A stretch of 64,000 nucleotides of DNA, from the NCBI RefSeq assembly GCF_013167455.1, contig NZ_CP038328.1; one strand, given 5' to 3'. The DNA comes from Escherichia coli O157:H7. GTDB lineage: Bacteria > Pseudomonadota > Gammaproteobacteria > Enterobacterales > Enterobacteriaceae. Made by a program: the position numbers and the translations under genes. Each line of letters starts with the position of its first letter. Within the stretch, counting starts at the first letter, position 1. Positions 46,963 through 60,528 of this stretch are shown piece after piece. The notes below the pieces were generated by a model, which had not been told where the DNA came from, did not search any database, and saw only the letters and a program-made list of their open reading frames with translations.

Positions 46963-47039
46963 TGGGGTGGCTAATGGGATTCGAACCCACGACAACTGGA
47001 ATCACAATCCAGGGCTCTACCAACTGAGCTATAGCCACC
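46963..47039 (-). tRNA. hisR: tRNA-His (anticodon GUG)
   Basis: Reverse complement = GGTGGCTATAGCTCAGTTGGTAGAGCCCTGGATTGTGATTCCAGTTGTCGTGGGTTCGAATCCCATTAGCCACCCCA. Confidence 0.95.
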
Positions 47040-47096
47040 ACTACAAATCTTGTTACGCGGTATTACTACCACCGCAGCTCAAGCGCCGGGACTAAA

Positions 47097-47173
<77 letters not shown>

Positions 47174-47275
47174 TTAGCGCCGTTGCGGGGGTGGATAATA
47201 CGGACTTCCCCCCCCTCTGTCTAGTCCCTTTTTAAATAAATTGCGCGTTTGGTTACGGTTTGTGCGTTTTGCTGC

Positions 47276-48661
47276 TTATTCCTCCAGTTTATGCGCTTTC
47301 CCGTGGCGATTAAGGCCAAAAACTTTATAAATCGCCGTCACCGCCAGCATAAAGATGATGCCAACAAACAGCGACATACGCGTATCTTCATTAAAGTACA
47401 TGCCGATCAAAACGCAAATCAGGAATGCCATTGTTACGTAGTTGGCCCACGGGAACAGGATTGAGCGGAACGGATGGCTGGCAATCGCCGCTTTATGTGC
47501 ACGCCGAAAACGCAGCTGGCTTATCAATATCACAAACCATGGCACCATCCCCGGAAGCACGCTGGCACTGTAGACGTAGACAAACACACGCTGCGGATTG
47601 GGAATGATGTAGTTCAGGCATGAGCCAATTAGCAGAATAGCAATAGATACTGCCACACCCGCAACCGGTACGCCGTGACGGGAAACTTTCGCCATCGCCG
47701 CCGGTAACTGACGGTTTTTCGCCAGTGCGTAGAGCATACGTCCGCAACTGTACATGCCGCTGTTACAGCCAGAGAGCGCAGCCGTCAGCACCACAAAGTT
47801 GATAATGCCCGCCGCTGCGGTAATACCGATTTTGGCAAAAGTCAGTACGAACGGGCTGCCGTTGCTGCCTATTTCATTCCACGGGAAGATGGTGACGATA
47901 ACGAAAATCGCGCCAACGTAGAAAATCAGGATCCGCCACAGCACCTTGCCTACGGCACTGCGCAGCGTCACCTGCGGATTCTTCGCTTCACCGGCAGTAA
48001 TGCCAATCAGCTCCACGCCCTGGTAGGACGCCACCACAATACACAGCGCGGTCAGGAACCCTTTCCAGCCACCCGCAAAGAAACCGCCATGCTCTGTGAG
48101 ATTGCTAAAACCAATCGACTGCCCGCCATTGCCAAAGCCAAAGAAAATCACGCCCAGGCCAATGACAATCATCACGATAATCGTGGTGACTTTGATCATC
48201 GCGAACCAGAACTCGATTTCGCCGTACAACCGCACCGCTGCCAGATTCGCCAACGCCACCAGCGCCACTGCGATCAATGCGGGTATCCACTGCGCCATCT
48301 CCGGGAACCAGAACTGGACATAAACGCCAATGGCGGTGATTTCAGAGATCCCCACCGCCATCCACATAAACCAGTAAGACCAGGCGGTGAGATAGCCAAA
48401 GAACGGGCTCATATAACGATGCGCATAAACGGCGAACGAACCGGTAACCGGTTCGAGGAACAACATTTCGCCCATTGAACGCATGATGAAAAAGACGAAC
48501 AGCCCGGCGATGATATAGGCCAACAATACGGATGGCCCGGCCCATTTCAGGGTACTGGCGGCCCCCATAAACAGGCCGACGCCAATGGTGCCCCCCAGGG
48601 CGATGAGTTCGATATGTCGAGCTTCCAGCCCACGCTGTAGCTCTGGTTTGTTATCTGCCAT
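47276..48661 (-). CDS. yifK: APC-family amino-acid permease YifK
   Basis: 461-aa polytopic membrane [36 protein letters not shown]... recognised as YifK. Confidence 0.9.
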
Positions 48662-48851
48662 AAATCCTCGTGTTGTGTTTGCATGCTTTCCGGTGTTACC
48701 GGTTATCGTTATGGGTACATCGAGTGTTGCGAATGTTTTCGTAATTCAGGAGAAATGGCAAATAAAGCATTAAAAATTTGAATGCTTTGTGTAATAAAAA
48801 AGCAGACAGGCGACGGAGTGACCACTCCGTCGCTTTACAAAGAGAGGAAAA

Positions 48852-49592
48852 TCAGAGGTTGCCGGTGTAATGCCAGCGTAAATAACGCAGCAAACGAAGC
48901 TGACGCTTAATGCGGCTCGGCTGCGAAAGCAGGCGGTAGAGCCACTCCAGCCCCAGCGTTTGCCAGATTTTCGGTGCGCGTTTTACGTGACCGGTGAAAA
49001 CATCGTAAGTCCCGCCAACGCCCATATACAGCGCATCTGGATGCACCAGACGGCAGTCGCGCATGAAGATCTCCTGCTTTGGCGATCCCATCGCAACGGT
49101 GACGATTTGCGCTCCGCTGGCATGAATGCGTTCAAACAGCGCCTGACGCTGCTCGGGTTTAAAATAACCATCCTGACTGCCAACGATATTCACATTCCAC
49201 TGGTTGCGCAGTTTAGCTTCAGTTTGCGCCAGCACTTCAGGTTTACCGCCCACAAGAAATACCGTCGTCCCTTCTTTGCCTGCGCGCGCCATCAGCTCTT
49301 CCCAGAGATCGGCACCGGCAACGCGGGAAACCTGCGCCTGCGGGTACTTTTTACGTACTGAACGTACAACGCTGATGCCATCCGCATATTTAAATTCGGC
49401 AGCGTTAATTAACTCCCTGACCTCGGCGTTCTCTTCAATGGTCAGCATTTTTTCAGCATTAATGGCAACCAGCGTTCCCTGCTTAAGCTGCCCGTCAGCA
49501 AACAGATAATCGAGGGCATGCTGCATATCACGCCAACCAATCAACTGTAAGCCACGCAGCGTATAGGTCGGTGCCGTGGTGTTGTTATTCAT
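48852..49592 (-). CDS. wecG: UDP-N-acetyl-D-mannosaminuronic acid transferase (ECA biosynthesis)
   Basis: 246-aa ORF; last gene of the wec (enterobacterial common antigen) cluster. Confidence 0.9.
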   Translation of the reverse strand: MNNNTTAPTYTLRGLQLIGWRDMQHALDYLFADGQLKQGTLVAINAEKMLTIEENAEVRELINAAEFKYADGISVVRSVRKKYPQAQVSRVAGADLWEELMARAGKEGTTVFLVGGKPEVLAQTEAKLRNQWNVNIVGSQDGYFKPEQRQALFERIHASGAQIVTVAMGSPKQEIFMRDCRLVHPDALYMGVGGTYDVFTGHVKRAPKIWQTLGLEWLYRLLSQPSRIKRQLRLLRYLRWHYTGNL

Positions 49593-49594
49593 TG

Positions 49595-50947
49595 TTATCC
49601 TTCAACCTGCGTCCGGAGCGATGATTTTGTACGTTTATGAATGAGTCCGGCGCTTTCAAAAAGCCAGTACAACAGTTTTGCGATCATCAGACATGCGCCG
49701 AAGACCACGATAAAAAAGACCACGCGTGAGACAAACGAATCCAGCCCTTCACGCGCCAGCACGATCATATTGAAGATCGCCCCAAAGCAGAAACTGTGCA
49801 ATATCGCAGCCTTATAGCGATTAGTTTCGCGGTTGCCCAGCTCATACAGCCAGTCGAACCATTTGATGATCAGTCCAACCACAATCGCCCCGAGCGGGAT
49901 GAACAACGCGCCGCCCATCACCACCAGTGAGCCTATAAGCGTAGGCGAGATCGCCAGTCCGGAGTGGTTATTCAGCACTTCCCAGGTAAAGTAGTTGGCT
50001 GAGTTCAGCACCATACTCGGGCGACCCGGCCACAGCCAGGAAGGGATAAAGACATAGAAATCGCGGACAATTGGCGCCAGGCCCTGGAAGTCGATGTTGT
50101 CGTAGTTCTGCAACAGCAACGCCAGATTCTCCCACGGCGAGAAGGTGTCGCGAGTGAGATAGAGAAACGTATAGAACGCTTCATCGCCGCTCACATTCAT
50201 TCCATAGCGTTTTAGCGCCAGCCAGAACATGCCAACAATCCCCAGCACGCCCGCCGCCGCCAGCATCCACAACGAAATCCAGCCGCGAATAATGCCAATA
50301 AACAGGAAGATAGCGAATGCGATGATGATATTGGCGCGAGTGCCGCCGACAATCATATAAGTCAGCAAGCCAAAGGCGACCGTGCTGACGAGGAAAAACA
50401 GCCACGCTTTGCTGTCCTGGCGCAGAAAGTAGACCACCAGCATCGCCGGGATGAAAAAGTAAAAGAAGCGTTTTAACGCCACGCCGGAGACTTCACTGGA
50501 AAAGATCTGACTGTAGGAGTTAAGCCGGAACAGCAAAAAGCCGTTGTGCATGAAGAAGATGCCGACGCTTACCAGCGCGATACCCATCAGGATCACCCAC
50601 GTAAGATTGGTTTCCACGCGGTTCATGGTAAACAGCGGACGGCGCGGTACATCAGCAACGCGTTTGCGTAGGCGGGTTTTGTAGGTGACGTAGTAAACCG
50701 CGTAGAAGCAGCCCGCAGAAAGCAACGCCTGCAACAGGATTTCTGGCGGCGCGACACCAACATCAAAGCGAAACACCAGCACGCTGGTCAGCGGGAAGCC
50801 AAAGAAAAAGGTGAGCAGAAACAGCAATGAAAAGAATACATTGAAGTTAAAGCGCACACGACGAAACTCAAACCAGGTCAGCGTGGCAATAAACAGCGTG
50901 CAGAGCAGCCAGACAACAAACAGGCCACTGAATTGCAGCAGACTCAT
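49595..50947 (-). CDS. wzyE: ECA polymerase
   Basis: 450-aa polytopic membrane ORF between wecF and wecG. Confidence 0.9.
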
Positions 50948-52023
50948 GCGACCTCCCCGGCGGCAATCGCCAACGCCCGCTGCCAGCCTTGTAGATAGTT
51001 AGGGCTAAAGAAGGCAATGGTGTTTTTATCCACCGACGCCAACTGGCGCTGCGCTTCACGCACAATATCCTCGTTGAGATCGTCGGTAGTAAACAGCACC
51101 GGTAAATGCTGTTCCGTCATATCCTGCCAGAACGGATTTTCCCGGTTAAGCACACAAGGAATGCCCGCCTGAATCAGTAAGCACAGCGTACCAATGCCCT
51201 GCTGGCGGGCAAAAATAAAGTAACCAAGATCGCACTGACGAAGTAGCGTCAGATAGGCGTCAAATTCCAGTTTTTCACTCAGAACTTGCAGATTTTCTTC
51301 GCTGAATAACTCCAGCCCCGCCTGACGAACTTCCTCGATGTACGCTTCGTTATGAGGCGGATATCCCATCGGCACCACCACTTTTACCGTATCGCCAAAT
51401 TGCTGATGAACGGCGCGCAAGGCAGCAATATGCTCATTGCTGCGGTCGCCGGAGTTCCCCACCAGAATGGTCATTTTCCCTTCACGTTGCCGATCGTTCG
51501 CCATCGTATTGAGAGAAGCATCCATCCGCGTCGGGAAGTACAGCAGTTCGCCCCGCACCTTTGGGTGCGTTTTGGCAAAAAAGCTCAAATCACCACGGGT
51601 GGCAAATACACAGCCGACTCGCTTTTGCGCCAGGCGACGTAGTGGGTAAAAAAGCTTATATCTCAAGCCACTGGAAAGCTCGTACAGGTCTGCCCCCCAG
51701 ATATGCCAGTAAAACTGGCTGGGCTTAATGCCACCACTCAGCAGAGCCAGCCACAGTGTGGGATTGAACTGACCGTGGAAGAAAAAACGCTGCTGACGGT
51801 TAGCTTTTGCTTTCGCGATGACCGCTTCCGCCAGCGATTTTTTCCCAGGGAAAAATTGCACAGAAAGCGCCGGACAGCTATCACTTAAGCCGTCGTCCTT
51901 GCCAACAACCATAAACTCGCGCGCGTGCTCGCTCGTCGCGGCCAGCGCGTCATTGAAAAACCGCAAAACGGTTCGGTTATGGTGAGGGATATCCGATCCC
52001 AGTACGTGAATCAGTACAGTCAT
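50944..52023 (-). CDS. wecF: TDP-Fuc4NAc:lipid II Fuc4NAc transferase
   Basis: 359-aa [26 protein letters not shown]...; wec cluster order. Confidence 0.9.
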
Positions 52024-53270
52024 GCCCGCCTACGCCAGAGTAAAAACACGCCACAACAAAGAGAAAAATAGACGATATAGGTTGCCATATATGCCTGTGC
52101 CGCGCCCAGCGCGCCGTGCGTAGGGATTAGCCAGTGGGCAAATACCATCAATAAAGTGAACTGGCTGACTTCCGCCAGAATATAAAACCGCAGTGAAGCT
52201 TTGGCGATCACCAGATAACCAAAGACATAAGCGCCCACTTTTAACACATCACCCACCAACTGCCAGGCAAAGAGATCGCGCATAGCGGTAAATTTATTCG
52301 ACAACAGCAGCCAGATAGCAAAATCACGCAGCAACCAGACGGTAAAACTCGCCGCCGCCACTGCCGGTAAGACGAATTTCAGCGATTTAACCACTTCCCG
52401 GGTGATATCGCGCTTTTCCGTTAGCCGCGACAACGTGGGCAGCAAATATACGCTGAACGATGCCGTAATAAATTGCAGGTAGGCATCGGAAATACTGCTC
52501 ACCCCTTGCCAGATCCCCACCTCATCCCAGCTATACTGCGCCGCCAGCAGTTTACGCATCATGATGTAAGCAACAGGCAAGGTCACCGACGTAATCAACG
52601 TCATGAGCGTAAATTTGCTCAACTGCCCTGCCAGACCGTTATCCCAGCTGGGTTTCAGATAGCTTAACGGGATAGCACCACGCTTAATTAACATGACGGC
52701 GGCAGGAATCACCACCAGCGCGGGAATCAACGCCAGACCCAGCAACGCCCCTTCATATCCGCCCAAACGGTAACTGACGTAGTACGCAAGAACGCCAATC
52801 AAGCTGCCAACAATCAGAGATAACGCATTACCTGCGGCATCGCGAAAGCCTTTCATCAACGCCAGTAACAGGTTGCCCCAGGCGATCCCCATTTGCACCA
52901 GCGCCACTAAACGCACCAGCCCCTGATAGTCGTGATTACCAAACAATCCCAAGCTGATTGGCGCAGCTGCCAGCACAAAAACCAGCGCCATCAGCGTAGA
53001 GAAGCCAAGTACCATCGCTGATGAAGTGCCGACCACGCGGCGCAGCTGTTGCGGATTATCATGGTACTGGGCAACGTATTTGGTTACACCGTTAAAGATG
53101 CCAGCCCCGGCAAGCACGCCGAGCACGGTAATCAACTGGCGGAAATTTGCCGCCAGCCCAAGCCCCGCCGGACCAAATGACACCGCCAGCAACTTACCGA
53201 CCAGTAACCCGGCACCAATCTTGACCAGTGTACTGGCCGCCGTCCACAAGGACGCTTTTGCCAACGACAT
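52020..53270 (-). CDS. wzxE: ECA lipid III flippase
   Basis: 416-aa polytopic membrane ORF; wec cluster order. Confidence 0.9.
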   Translation of the reverse strand: MSLAKASLWTAASTLVKIGAGLLVGKLLAVSFGPAGLGLAANFRQLITVLGVLAGAGIFNGVTKYVAQYHDNPQQLRRVVGTSSAMVLGFSTLMALVFVLAAAPISLGLFGNHDYQGLVRLVALVQMGIAWGNLLLALMKGFRDAAGNALSLIVGSLIGVLAYYVSYRLGGYEGALLGLALIPALVVIPAAVMLIKRGAIPLSYLKPSWDNGLAGQLSKFTLMTLITSVTLPVAYIMMRKLLAAQYSWDEVGIWQGVSSISDAYLQFITASFSVYLLPTLSRLTEKRDITREVVKSLKFVLPAVAAASFTVWLLRDFAIWLLLSNKFTAMRDLFAWQLVGDVLKVGAYVFGYLVIAKASLRFYILAEVSQFTLLMVFAHWLIPTHGALGAAQAYMATYIVYFSLCCGVFLLWRRRA

Positions 53271-53271
53271 A

Positions 53272-54402
53272 TCAGGAGAAGTAGTTCAACAAAGTCGCAA
53301 TTACCGTACGCTGATTGACGGGCGACAGGTTGTAGAACAGCGGCAGGCGCAGCAGGCGCTCGCTCTCTTTGGTGGTGTAGCGATCTTCACCGTGGAACTC
53401 ACCAAAGCGTTCCCCCGCAGGGCAACCGTGCAGCGGAATGTAATGGAACACCGCCATGATTTCCGCTTCTTTCAGAAAGTTAATCAACGCGCTCCGGTCA
53501 CCAATATCCCGCAGTTTAATGTAAAACATATGCGCGTTCTGCAAGCAGCCATCGGGAATCGACGGCAGCTCGATACGCCCGGCTTTCGCCAGAGGTGCTA
53601 ACGCATCGTAGTAGTTTTGCCACAGCGCCAGACGTTGCTGGTTGATACGATCCGCTGCTTCCAGTTGCGCCCACAGGTACGCAGCTTGCAGATCGGACAT
53701 CAAATAGCTGGAGCCGATATCGCGCCAGGTATATTTATCGACCTGACCACGGAAGAACTGGCTGCGGTTTGTGCCTTTTTCACGGATGATCTCGGCTCGT
53801 TCGATCAACGCTTTATCGTTAATCAGCGTCGCGCCGCCTTCACCGCCCGCCGTGTAGTTTTTGGTTTCATGGAAGCTAAAGCAGCCAATATGACCAATGG
53901 TTCCCAGTGCACGCCCTTTGTAAGTGGACATCACGCCCTGAGCAGCATCTTCCACCACAAACAGATTATGCTTTTTCGCCAACGCCATAATGGTGTCCAT
54001 TTCGCAGGCCACGCCCGCGTAATGCACCGGCACGATAACGCGCGTTTTGTCGGTGATCGCCGCTTCAATCAACGTTTCGTCGATGTTCATGGTGTCCGGG
54101 CGAACATCCACAAAAACGATTTTTGCGCCACGCAGCACAAAGGCATTGGCGGTGGAGACAAAGGTGTAGCTCGGCATGATCACTTCATCGCCAGGCTGGA
54201 TATCGAGCAGCAGCGCCGCCATCTCCAGCGAAGCGGTGCAGGACGGCGTCAGTAACACTTTGGCGCTGCCAAAACGTTGCTCCAGCCACTGCTGGCAGCG
54301 ACGGGTAAAACCGCCATCGCCACACAGTTTGCCGCTACCCATTGCCGACTGCATATAGTCGAGTTCGGTTCCCACCACCGGCGGTGCGTTAAATGGAATC
54401 AT
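53272..54402 (-). CDS. wecE: dTDP-4-amino-4,6-dideoxygalactose transaminase
   Basis: 376-aa ORF of the DegT/aminotransferase type; wec cluster order. Confidence 0.9.
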   Translation of the reverse strand: MIPFNAPPVVGTELDYMQSAMGSGKLCGDGGFTRRCQQWLEQRFGSAKVLLTPSCTASLEMAALLLDIQPGDEVIMPSYTFVSTANAFVLRGAKIVFVDVRPDTMNIDETLIEAAITDKTRVIVPVHYAGVACEMDTIMALAKKHNLFVVEDAAQGVMSTYKGRALGTIGHIGCFSFHETKNYTAGGEGGATLINDKALIERAEIIREKGTNRSQFFRGQVDKYTWRDIGSSYLMSDLQAAYLWAQLEAADRINQQRLALWQNYYDALAPLAKAGRIELPSIPDGCLQNAHMFYIKLRDIGDRSALINFLKEAEIMAVFHYIPLHGCPAGERFGEFHGEDRYTTKESERLLRLPLFYNLSPVNQRTVIATLLNYFS

Positions 54403-54406
54403 GTGA

Positions 54407-55081
54407 TCACCTGTATAACCAGTACGCGGTGCTTTCTACATTCGCACCACTTTGTATGTATCGTTTAAGCGCGGCGGTGTTGCCCATTTGGGTCGCCACC
54501 CGCAAAGTTGTTTTACCGCGAGCATACGCCCAGTTTAGCGCCGTTTGCATCAGCTCAGCACCTGCACCGCGTCCAGCCAGCAGGCCAATTCGCGCATCTG
54601 TAGCATTGAGTTCCCGTAAAGAGACATAACCGCGAATATCGCCGGACGCCGCACGTAAAATCAGACATTGATGATCAAAGGTGCCGCGCACGGCATTTTC
54701 AATCCACTGTGCATAAAAGCGACTGCTGGCGTCAGGCGCATACCACGGCGCACGAAAACGGCTTTGCGCAAATGCGGCGCTGGCTAACTGACGTAATGCG
54801 GGAATATCGGTCTCTTGTGCCACTACAGCACCGCTATCACTGGCATTGTTCACGGGTAGCGCCAAATCAACTTCACCTTCTACCAGGGAGAATCCCAGCT
54901 GTTGCAGGGCATCCAGTTCCCCCGTATTTGATGCCGCAATTTTGGCCTGCACCCGTGACCACGGCGCTAACGCGTCTGGCGTCAGGAACGGTGCTTCAGA
55001 CGTAATGCGCACGATGGCGCTGTTAACACCAAAGAAGGCGTTTTCCCAGGTTAGTGGCTCAATACTGGCGCGGACGGGCAC
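54407..55081 (-). CDS. wecD: dTDP-fucosamine acetyltransferase
   Basis: 224-aa ORF in the wec cluster; start overlaps the rffH 3' end by 23 bp, so the exact start is uncertain. Confidence 0.8.
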   Translation of the reverse strand: MPVRASIEPLTWENAFFGVNSAIVRITSEAPFLTPDALAPWSRVQAKIAASNTGELDALQQLGFSLVEGEVDLALPVNNASDSGAVVAQETDIPALRQLASAAFAQSRFRAPWYAPDASSRFYAQWIENAVRGTFDHQCLILRAASGDIRGYVSLRELNATDARIGLLAGRGAGAELMQTALNWAYARGKTTLRVATQMGNTAALKRYIQSGANVESTAYWLYR

Positions 55082-55940
55082 GAAGTAACTCCAGCAGATA
55101 TTGGCCGTAGCCAGTTTTCGCTAATGAACTGGCAGCACGCTTCACACCCTCGTCATCGAGCCAGCCGTTACGCCAGGCGATCTCTTCCAGGCAGGCAATC
55201 TTAAAGCCCTGGCGTTTTTCCACCGTCTGTACAAAGGTGCTGGCTTCAATCAGGCTGTCGTGAGTGCCAGTGTCCAGCCAGGCAAATCCGCGCCCGAGCA
55301 GTTCAACGGTCAGGTTGCCCGCCTCGAGGTACATCTGGTTGATGGAGGTAATCTCCAGTTCACCACGCTCCGACGGCTTCACCTGCTTTGCGTACTCCAC
55401 GACTTTACTGTCGTAGAAATAAAGCCCGGTCACCGCCCAGTTTGATTTCGGCTGTTTTGGCTTTTCTTCCAGCGAGATAGCGCGGAAATTATCGTCAAAC
55501 TCCACCACGCCAAAGCGTTCCGGGTCCATCACCTGATAGCCAAAAACCGTCGCCACTTCCGTGCGCGCCGCAACATGACGCAGCTTCGGACTGAAGCCCT
55601 GACCGAAGAAGATGTTATCGCCCAGCACCAGACAAGAAGGTTCACCATTAAGGAAGGTTTCACCGATGATAAAGGCCTGCGCCAGACCGTCCGGGCTGGG
55701 CTGTTCGGCATATTCCAGCTGGATACCGAACTCACTACCATCGCCCAGCAGGCGCTGGAAATAACCTTTATCTTCCGGCGTAGTGATGATGAGAATTTCG
55801 CGGATACCGGCCAGCATCAGCACCGACAGCGGATAGTAAATCATTGGCTTATCGTAAATCGGCAACAGTTGCTTCGATACGCCGCGCGTAATCGGATGCA
55901 ATCGGGTACCGGAACCGCCCGCCAGGATAATACCTTTCAT
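55059..55940 (-). CDS. rffH: Glucose-1-phosphate thymidylyltransferase 2
   Basis: 293-aa [42 protein letters not shown]... (RmlA-type). Confidence 0.95.
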   Translation of the reverse strand: MKGIILAGGSGTRLHPITRGVSKQLLPIYDKPMIYYPLSVLMLAGIREILIITTPEDKGYFQRLLGDGSEFGIQLEYAEQPSPDGLAQAFIIGETFLNGEPSCLVLGDNIFFGQGFSPKLRHVAARTEVATVFGYQVMDPERFGVVEFDDNFRAISLEEKPKQPKSNWAVTGLYFYDSKVVEYAKQVKPSERGELEITSINQMYLEAGNLTVELLGRGFAWLDTGTHDSLIEASTFVQTVEKRQGFKIACLEEIAWRNGWLDDEGVKRAASSLAKTGYGQYLLELLRARPRQY

Positions 55941-55958
55941 GTTTGCCTCCGCTGAAAA

Positions 55959-57026
55959 TTAGCCTTTCAGACCTAAACGCTCGCCCTGATAGCTGCCGTC
56001 CTGCACCTGCTTCCTCCAGCTTTCATTAGCCAGATACCACTGCACCGTTTTACGCATTCCACTTTCAAAGGTTTCCTGCGGCAGCCAGCCAAGTTCACGG
56101 GCAATTTTCGAAGCATCAATGGCATAGCGCAGATCATGCCCCGGACGGTCAGCGACAAAGGTGATCAAGTCACGATAATGCACCACGCCTTGCGGCTTGT
56201 TCGGAGCCAGTTCTTCCAGCAGCTCGCAAATGGTTTCCACAACATCGAGATTCTTACGCTCGTTGTGACCACCAATATTATAGGTTTCACCGACTTTCCC
56301 GGTGGTCGCCACGCAATACAGCGCGCGGGCGTGATCTTCAACATACAGCCAGTCACGGATTTGCTGCCCGTTGCCATATACCGGTAGCGGTTTACCCGCC
56401 AGCGCGTTGAGGATCATCAGCGGGATCAGTTTTTCCGGAAAGTGGTAAGGACCGTAGTTATTCGAGCAGTTGGTGATAAGCGTTGGCAGACCATAGGTTC
56501 GCAGCCAGGCGCGCACCAGATGGTCGCTGCTGGCTTTTGACGCGGAATAAGGGCTGCTCGGCGCATACGGCGTGGTTTCGGTGAAGAAATCATCCGTCGA
56601 GTGCAGGTCACCATATACTTCGTCAGTGGAGATATGATGAAAACGGAACGCTGATTTTTTATCTTCCGTCAGCGCATTCCAGTAAGCCCGCGCCGCTTCA
56701 AGCAATGTATAAGTCCCGACAATGTTGGTTTCAATAAACGCTGCCGGGCCGTCAATAGAACGGTCAACATGGCTTTCGGCTGCCAGATGCATGACACAGT
56801 CTGGCTGATGCTCAGTGAATACGCGCGCCAGTTCTGCCCGATCGCAGATATCAACTTTCTCAAAGGCAAAGCGCTCGCTTTGCGCGACCGGTGCCAGCGA
56901 CATCAGGTTTCCGGCGTAGGTCAGCTTATCGACCACTACCACCGCGTCGCTCGTTTCGTTGATGATATAACGCACCAGCGCCGAGCCAATAAACCCGGCA
57001 CCGCCTGTTATCAGAATCTTTCTCAT
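55959..57026 (-). CDS. rffG: dTDP-glucose 4,6-dehydratase 2
   Basis: 355-aa ORF with NAD-binding GGAGFIGS motif. Confidence 0.95.
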   Translation of the reverse strand: MRKILITGGAGFIGSALVRYIINETSDAVVVVDKLTYAGNLMSLAPVAQSERFAFEKVDICDRAELARVFTEHQPDCVMHLAAESHVDRSIDGPAAFIETNIVGTYTLLEAARAYWNALTEDKKSAFRFHHISTDEVYGDLHSTDDFFTETTPYAPSSPYSASKASSDHLVRAWLRTYGLPTLITNCSNNYGPYHFPEKLIPLMILNALAGKPLPVYGNGQQIRDWLYVEDHARALYCVATTGKVGETYNIGGHNERKNLDVVETICELLEELAPNKPQGVVHYRDLITFVADRPGHDLRYAIDASKIARELGWLPQETFESGMRKTVQWYLANESWRKQVQDGSYQGERLGLKG

Positions 57027-58288
57027 CAGCGCCAGACTCCTTTAGCATCGACGACATACTGCTGATGGACATTGTCGCCATTGATAACTTTGAACTGACT
57101 ATGATCGACCAGCATCACCAGCACGTCTGCCGTTGCCAGCGCCTCGTCAAGCTGCGCCAGAGTACAAAGCCCGGTCAGTTTTTTCGGCAACTGGTGGATG
57201 TTAGGCTCAACAACCAGAGTTTCGCCGCTATGCCACTGGGCGATCAGTTCAGCGATTTCCATCGCCGGGCTTTCGCGCAGGTCATCAATATTCGGTTTAA
57301 ACGCCAGACCAAAGCAGGCGATTTTCAGTTCACTGGCGCGTTTATCGGTAGCCGCCAGGCAATCAGCCACCGCCGCTTTCACCTGATCGATAACCCAGAA
57401 CGGTTTGTGATCGTTCACTTCGCGCGCGGTACGGATAAGCCGCGCCTGCTGGGGGTTCTGTGCCACGATAAACCACGGATCAACAGCAATGCAGTGACCG
57501 CCCACGCCAGGGCCAGGCTGAAGAATATTAACGCGAGGGTGACGATTCGCCAGGCGAATCAGTTCCCAGACGTTAATCCCCTGATCGGCACAAATCAGCG
57601 ACAATTCATTAGCAAAAGCGATATTCACATCGCGGAAGCTGTTTTCGGTGAGCTTACACATTTCCGCCGTCCGCGAGTTAGTGACGACACACTCACCTTC
57701 GAGGAAAATTTTGTACAGTTCGCTGGCGCGGGCCGAACAAACCGGCGTCATACCACCAATCACGCGATCGTTTTTAATCAGCTCGACCATAACCTGGCCC
57801 GGTAACACGCGTTCCGGGCAGTAAGCAATGTTGACGTCCGCCTGCTCGCCCACCTGCTGTGGGAAAGTGAGATCCGGACGCATCTCTGCTAACCATTCTG
57901 CCATCTTCTCGGTTGACCCCACCGGCGAGGTGGATTCAAGGATCACCAGCGCGCCTTTTTTCAGCACTGGCGCAATGGAGCGAGCAGCCGATTCAACGTA
58001 GGTCATATCTGGCTCATGATCGCCTTTAAACGGCGTGGGTACAGCAATCAGCCAGGCATCCGCTTCAACTGGCGTCGTGCTCGCTCGTAAAAAACCGCCT
58101 TCTACGGCAGTTTTTACTACGCTCGCCAAATCAGGCTCGACGATATGGATTTCGCCACGATTGATGGTATCAACCGCGTGTTGGTTGATATCGACACCAA
58201 TCACCTGTTTTTGCCGTGAGGCAAACGCTGCTGCTGTAGGCAGCCCGATGTAACCCAGTCCGATAACAGAAATGGTCGCAAAACTCAT
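57026..58288 (-). CDS. wecC: UDP-N-acetyl-D-mannosamine dehydrogenase
   Basis: 420-aa ORF with N-terminal NAD-binding GLGYIG motif. Confidence 0.95.
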   Translation of the reverse strand: MSFATISVIGLGYIGLPTAAAFASRQKQVIGVDINQHAVDTINRGEIHIVEPDLASVVKTAVEGGFLRASTTPVEADAWLIAVPTPFKGDHEPDMTYVESAARSIAPVLKKGALVILESTSPVGSTEKMAEWLAEMRPDLTFPQQVGEQADVNIAYCPERVLPGQVMVELIKNDRVIGGMTPVCSARASELYKIFLEGECVVTNSRTAEMCKLTENSFRDVNIAFANELSLICADQGINVWELIRLANRHPRVNILQPGPGVGGHCIAVDPWFIVAQNPQQARLIRTAREVNDHKPFWVIDQVKAAVADCLAATDKRASELKIACFGLAFKPNIDDLRESPAMEIAELIAQWHSGETLVVEPNIHQLPKKLTGLCTLAQLDEALATADVLVMLVDHSQFKVINGDNVHQQYVVDAKGVWR

Positions 58289-59415
58289 AGTGATATCCGA
58301 TTATTTTTTAACGCTTCCAGAATGCGAGAGCATGCCTGACCATCACCATACGGGTTATGGGCGCGGCTCATAGTTTGATATTCGTTTTCGTCTTTTAAAA
58401 GACGCGTCACTTCCTCGACAATTCGCTGCTTATCCGTGCCTACCAGACGCACCGTACCCGCCGTCACCGCTTCCGGACGCTCAGTGGTATCGCGCATCAC
58501 CAGCACCGGTTTCCCCAGCGAAGGCGCTTCTTCCTGAATGCCGCCTGAGTCGGTCAAAATCAGCCAGGCGTGGTTCATCAGCCAGACAAACGGTAAATAC
58601 TCCTGAGGATCGATCAGAATGACATTTTTCACATGCCCCAGAATGCGATTGACCGGCTCTCTGACGTTCGGGTTGAGATGCACCGGATAGACAATCTGGA
58701 TGTCCTGGTGCGTGGTGGCGATGTCTGCCAGCGCGTGGCAGATTTCTTCAAAGCCACGACCGAAGCTTTCACGCCTGTGACCGGTCACCAGAATCATCTT
58801 TTTATCGGGGTCGATAAACGGGTAATTTGCCGCAAGTTCTGAACGCAGCGTGTCGCTGCTCATCACCTGGTCACGCACCCATAACAGTGCATCAATGACT
58901 GTATTACCGGTAATGAAGATTCGGCTATCTGCAACGTTTTCACGCAGCAAGTTTTGCCGGGAAGTTTCGGTTGGAGAGAAATGATACATCGCCAGATGCC
59001 CGGTCAATGTACGGTTAGCCTCTTCCGGCCACGGCGAATAGAGATCGCCCGTGCGTAAACCAGCCTCAACGTGACCAACAGGAATACGCTGATAAAACGC
59101 CGCCAGGCTGGTTGCCAGCGTCGTCGTTGTGTCGCCGTGAACCAGCACGACGTCTGGTTTGAACTCGGCAAGAATAGGTTTTAGCCCTTCCAGAATCCGA
59201 CAGGTTATCTCTGTCAGGCCCTGTCCTGGCTGCATTATGTTGAGATCGTAGTCAGGTACAATGGAAAAGAGTTTCAGCACCTGATCGAGCATCTCCCGAT
59301 GCTGCGCAGTGACGCAAACTTTAGCCTCAAAAAAAGGATCTTTTGCCAACGCATGCACCAACGGAGCCATCTTGATGGCTTCCGGGCGCGTACCAAATAC
59401 AGTCAGTACTTTCAC
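58285..59415 (-). CDS. wecB: UDP-N-acetylglucosamine 2-epimerase
   Basis: Known WecB N-terminus (M)[19 protein letters not shown] begins at a GTG at 59413-59415 (376 aa); the ORF track extends to 59457. Confidence 0.9.
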   Translation of the reverse strand: MKVLTVFGTRPEAIKMAPLVHALAKDPFFEAKVCVTAQHREMLDQVLKLFSIVPDYDLNIMQPGQGLTEITCRILEGLKPILAEFKPDVVLVHGDTTTTLATSLAAFYQRIPVGHVEAGLRTGDLYSPWPEEANRTLTGHLAMYHFSPTETSRQNLLRENVADSRIFITGNTVIDALLWVRDQVMSSDTLRSELAANYPFIDPDKKMILVTGHRRESFGRGFEEICHALADIATTHQDIQIVYPVHLNPNVREPVNRILGHVKNVILIDPQEYLPFVWLMNHAWLILTDSGGIQEEAPSLGKPVLVMRDTTERPEAVTAGTVRLVGTDKQRIVEEVTRLLKDENEYQTMSRAHNPYGDGQACSRILEALKNNRISL

Positions 59416-59470
59416 ATCGATTCTCTTCGAATAAGCGGCGAGCGCCTTTGCGCTCACCGCAGCAGTGTTG

Positions 59471-60517
59471 CTATTTCGAGCAACGGCGGGTTAATGCGAC
59501 ACCAGCCCCGATCAGCCCCCCGACAATGCCCCACATAATCATCAGGAAGGCACGACGTGGGCTATCGCGTTTTACCGGTTCTTCCGGCGTACGCAAATAG
59601 CGATAGGTCTGAAAACGCGGATCCAGGGTTGGACCAACATTCAGGGTGTTTAACATGGCCCGATTCTGATCATAGTCGAGATCAAAGGCCGGACCGACGG
59701 CCTGTAAATTTTCCAGTCGAGCCTGGAGCATTGGACGCCCAAGCAGGAACATTTCTGAATCAGGTAATTCCTCGGCAGGCACATCTGTCGCACTGCGCGA
59801 AATATTATGCTGCTCAGCAATTTTCAGCGCCTGCTCAATGCTGTTCATCCGGCGGTCGTAGATGGCTTTCGCCACCTCTTCCTGACGCTTCACCTGTGCT
59901 TTCATCTGGATGGTACGCGCCGCCCATGCGCCTTTCAGCTCATCATTCAGATGGCTGGCTGCACGCTGGCTGGCAAAAGCAACATACTGACGTAACAGGT
60001 TATTAGCGTCAGGCGCGGTTTCGGCAATAAGCTTCACGCTGTCATTGACCGCGCGGGTAAAGTCTCCGGGGATAAACTGGATGTTGTTAATCATTTCATC
60101 CAGCAACGCCGCATCGGCTTTGCTGTTGCCCACCATCCGCTGCTTGTAATAGTCGGTTTGCAGCCAGAACTCTCTGCGGGTATCCCACGAGGCCAGTTGC
60201 ATAACAAACTCTTTATAGGCTTCGTCCATGACCGATGGTTGGTCGGCAGAAGCCATGTTTGAACGGACATCCAGGTTACGCAAAAATTGCTGCTGCGAGT
60301 AATATCCCCCCAGCATATTCACCGTTGGACGATCGGTAATCGCCGTCGAGCTCCACTCCTGACGAGCAAAAAACGTATACGCCAGCGCGATTAACGCAAA
60401 CGCCAGCCCCATGCCAATAATCCATAGCTTCCCAGCCCACAAGGTACGAAACAACCCACGAATATCCAGTTCATTTTCAGCGTCTTCGGCCGGTTTCCCA
60501 GGCATTGGTTGTGTCAT
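59471..60517 (-). CDS. wzzE: ECA polysaccharide chain-length modulator
   Basis: 348-aa ORF with TM segments at both ends (Wzz topology). Confidence 0.9.
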   Translation of the reverse strand: MTQPMPGKPAEDAENELDIRGLFRTLWAGKLWIIGMGLAFALIALAYTFFARQEWSSTAITDRPTVNMLGGYYSQQQFLRNLDVRSNMASADQPSVMDEAYKEFVMQLASWDTRREFWLQTDYYKQRMVGNSKADAALLDEMINNIQFIPGDFTRAVNDSVKLIAETAPDANNLLRQYVAFASQRAASHLNDELKGAWAARTIQMKAQVKRQEEVAKAIYDRRMNSIEQALKIAEQHNISRSATDVPAEELPDSEMFLLGRPMLQARLENLQAVGPAFDLDYDQNRAMLNTLNVGPTLDPRFQTYRYLRTPEEPVKRDSPRRAFLMIMWGIVGGLIGAGVALTRRCSK

Positions 60518-60528
60518 CACATCCTCAT

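Noticed and set aside
46847-47041. 64-aa minus-strand ORF
   Set aside because: Lies entirely over tRNA-Leu copy 2 and tRNA-His; tRNA genes explain the sequence
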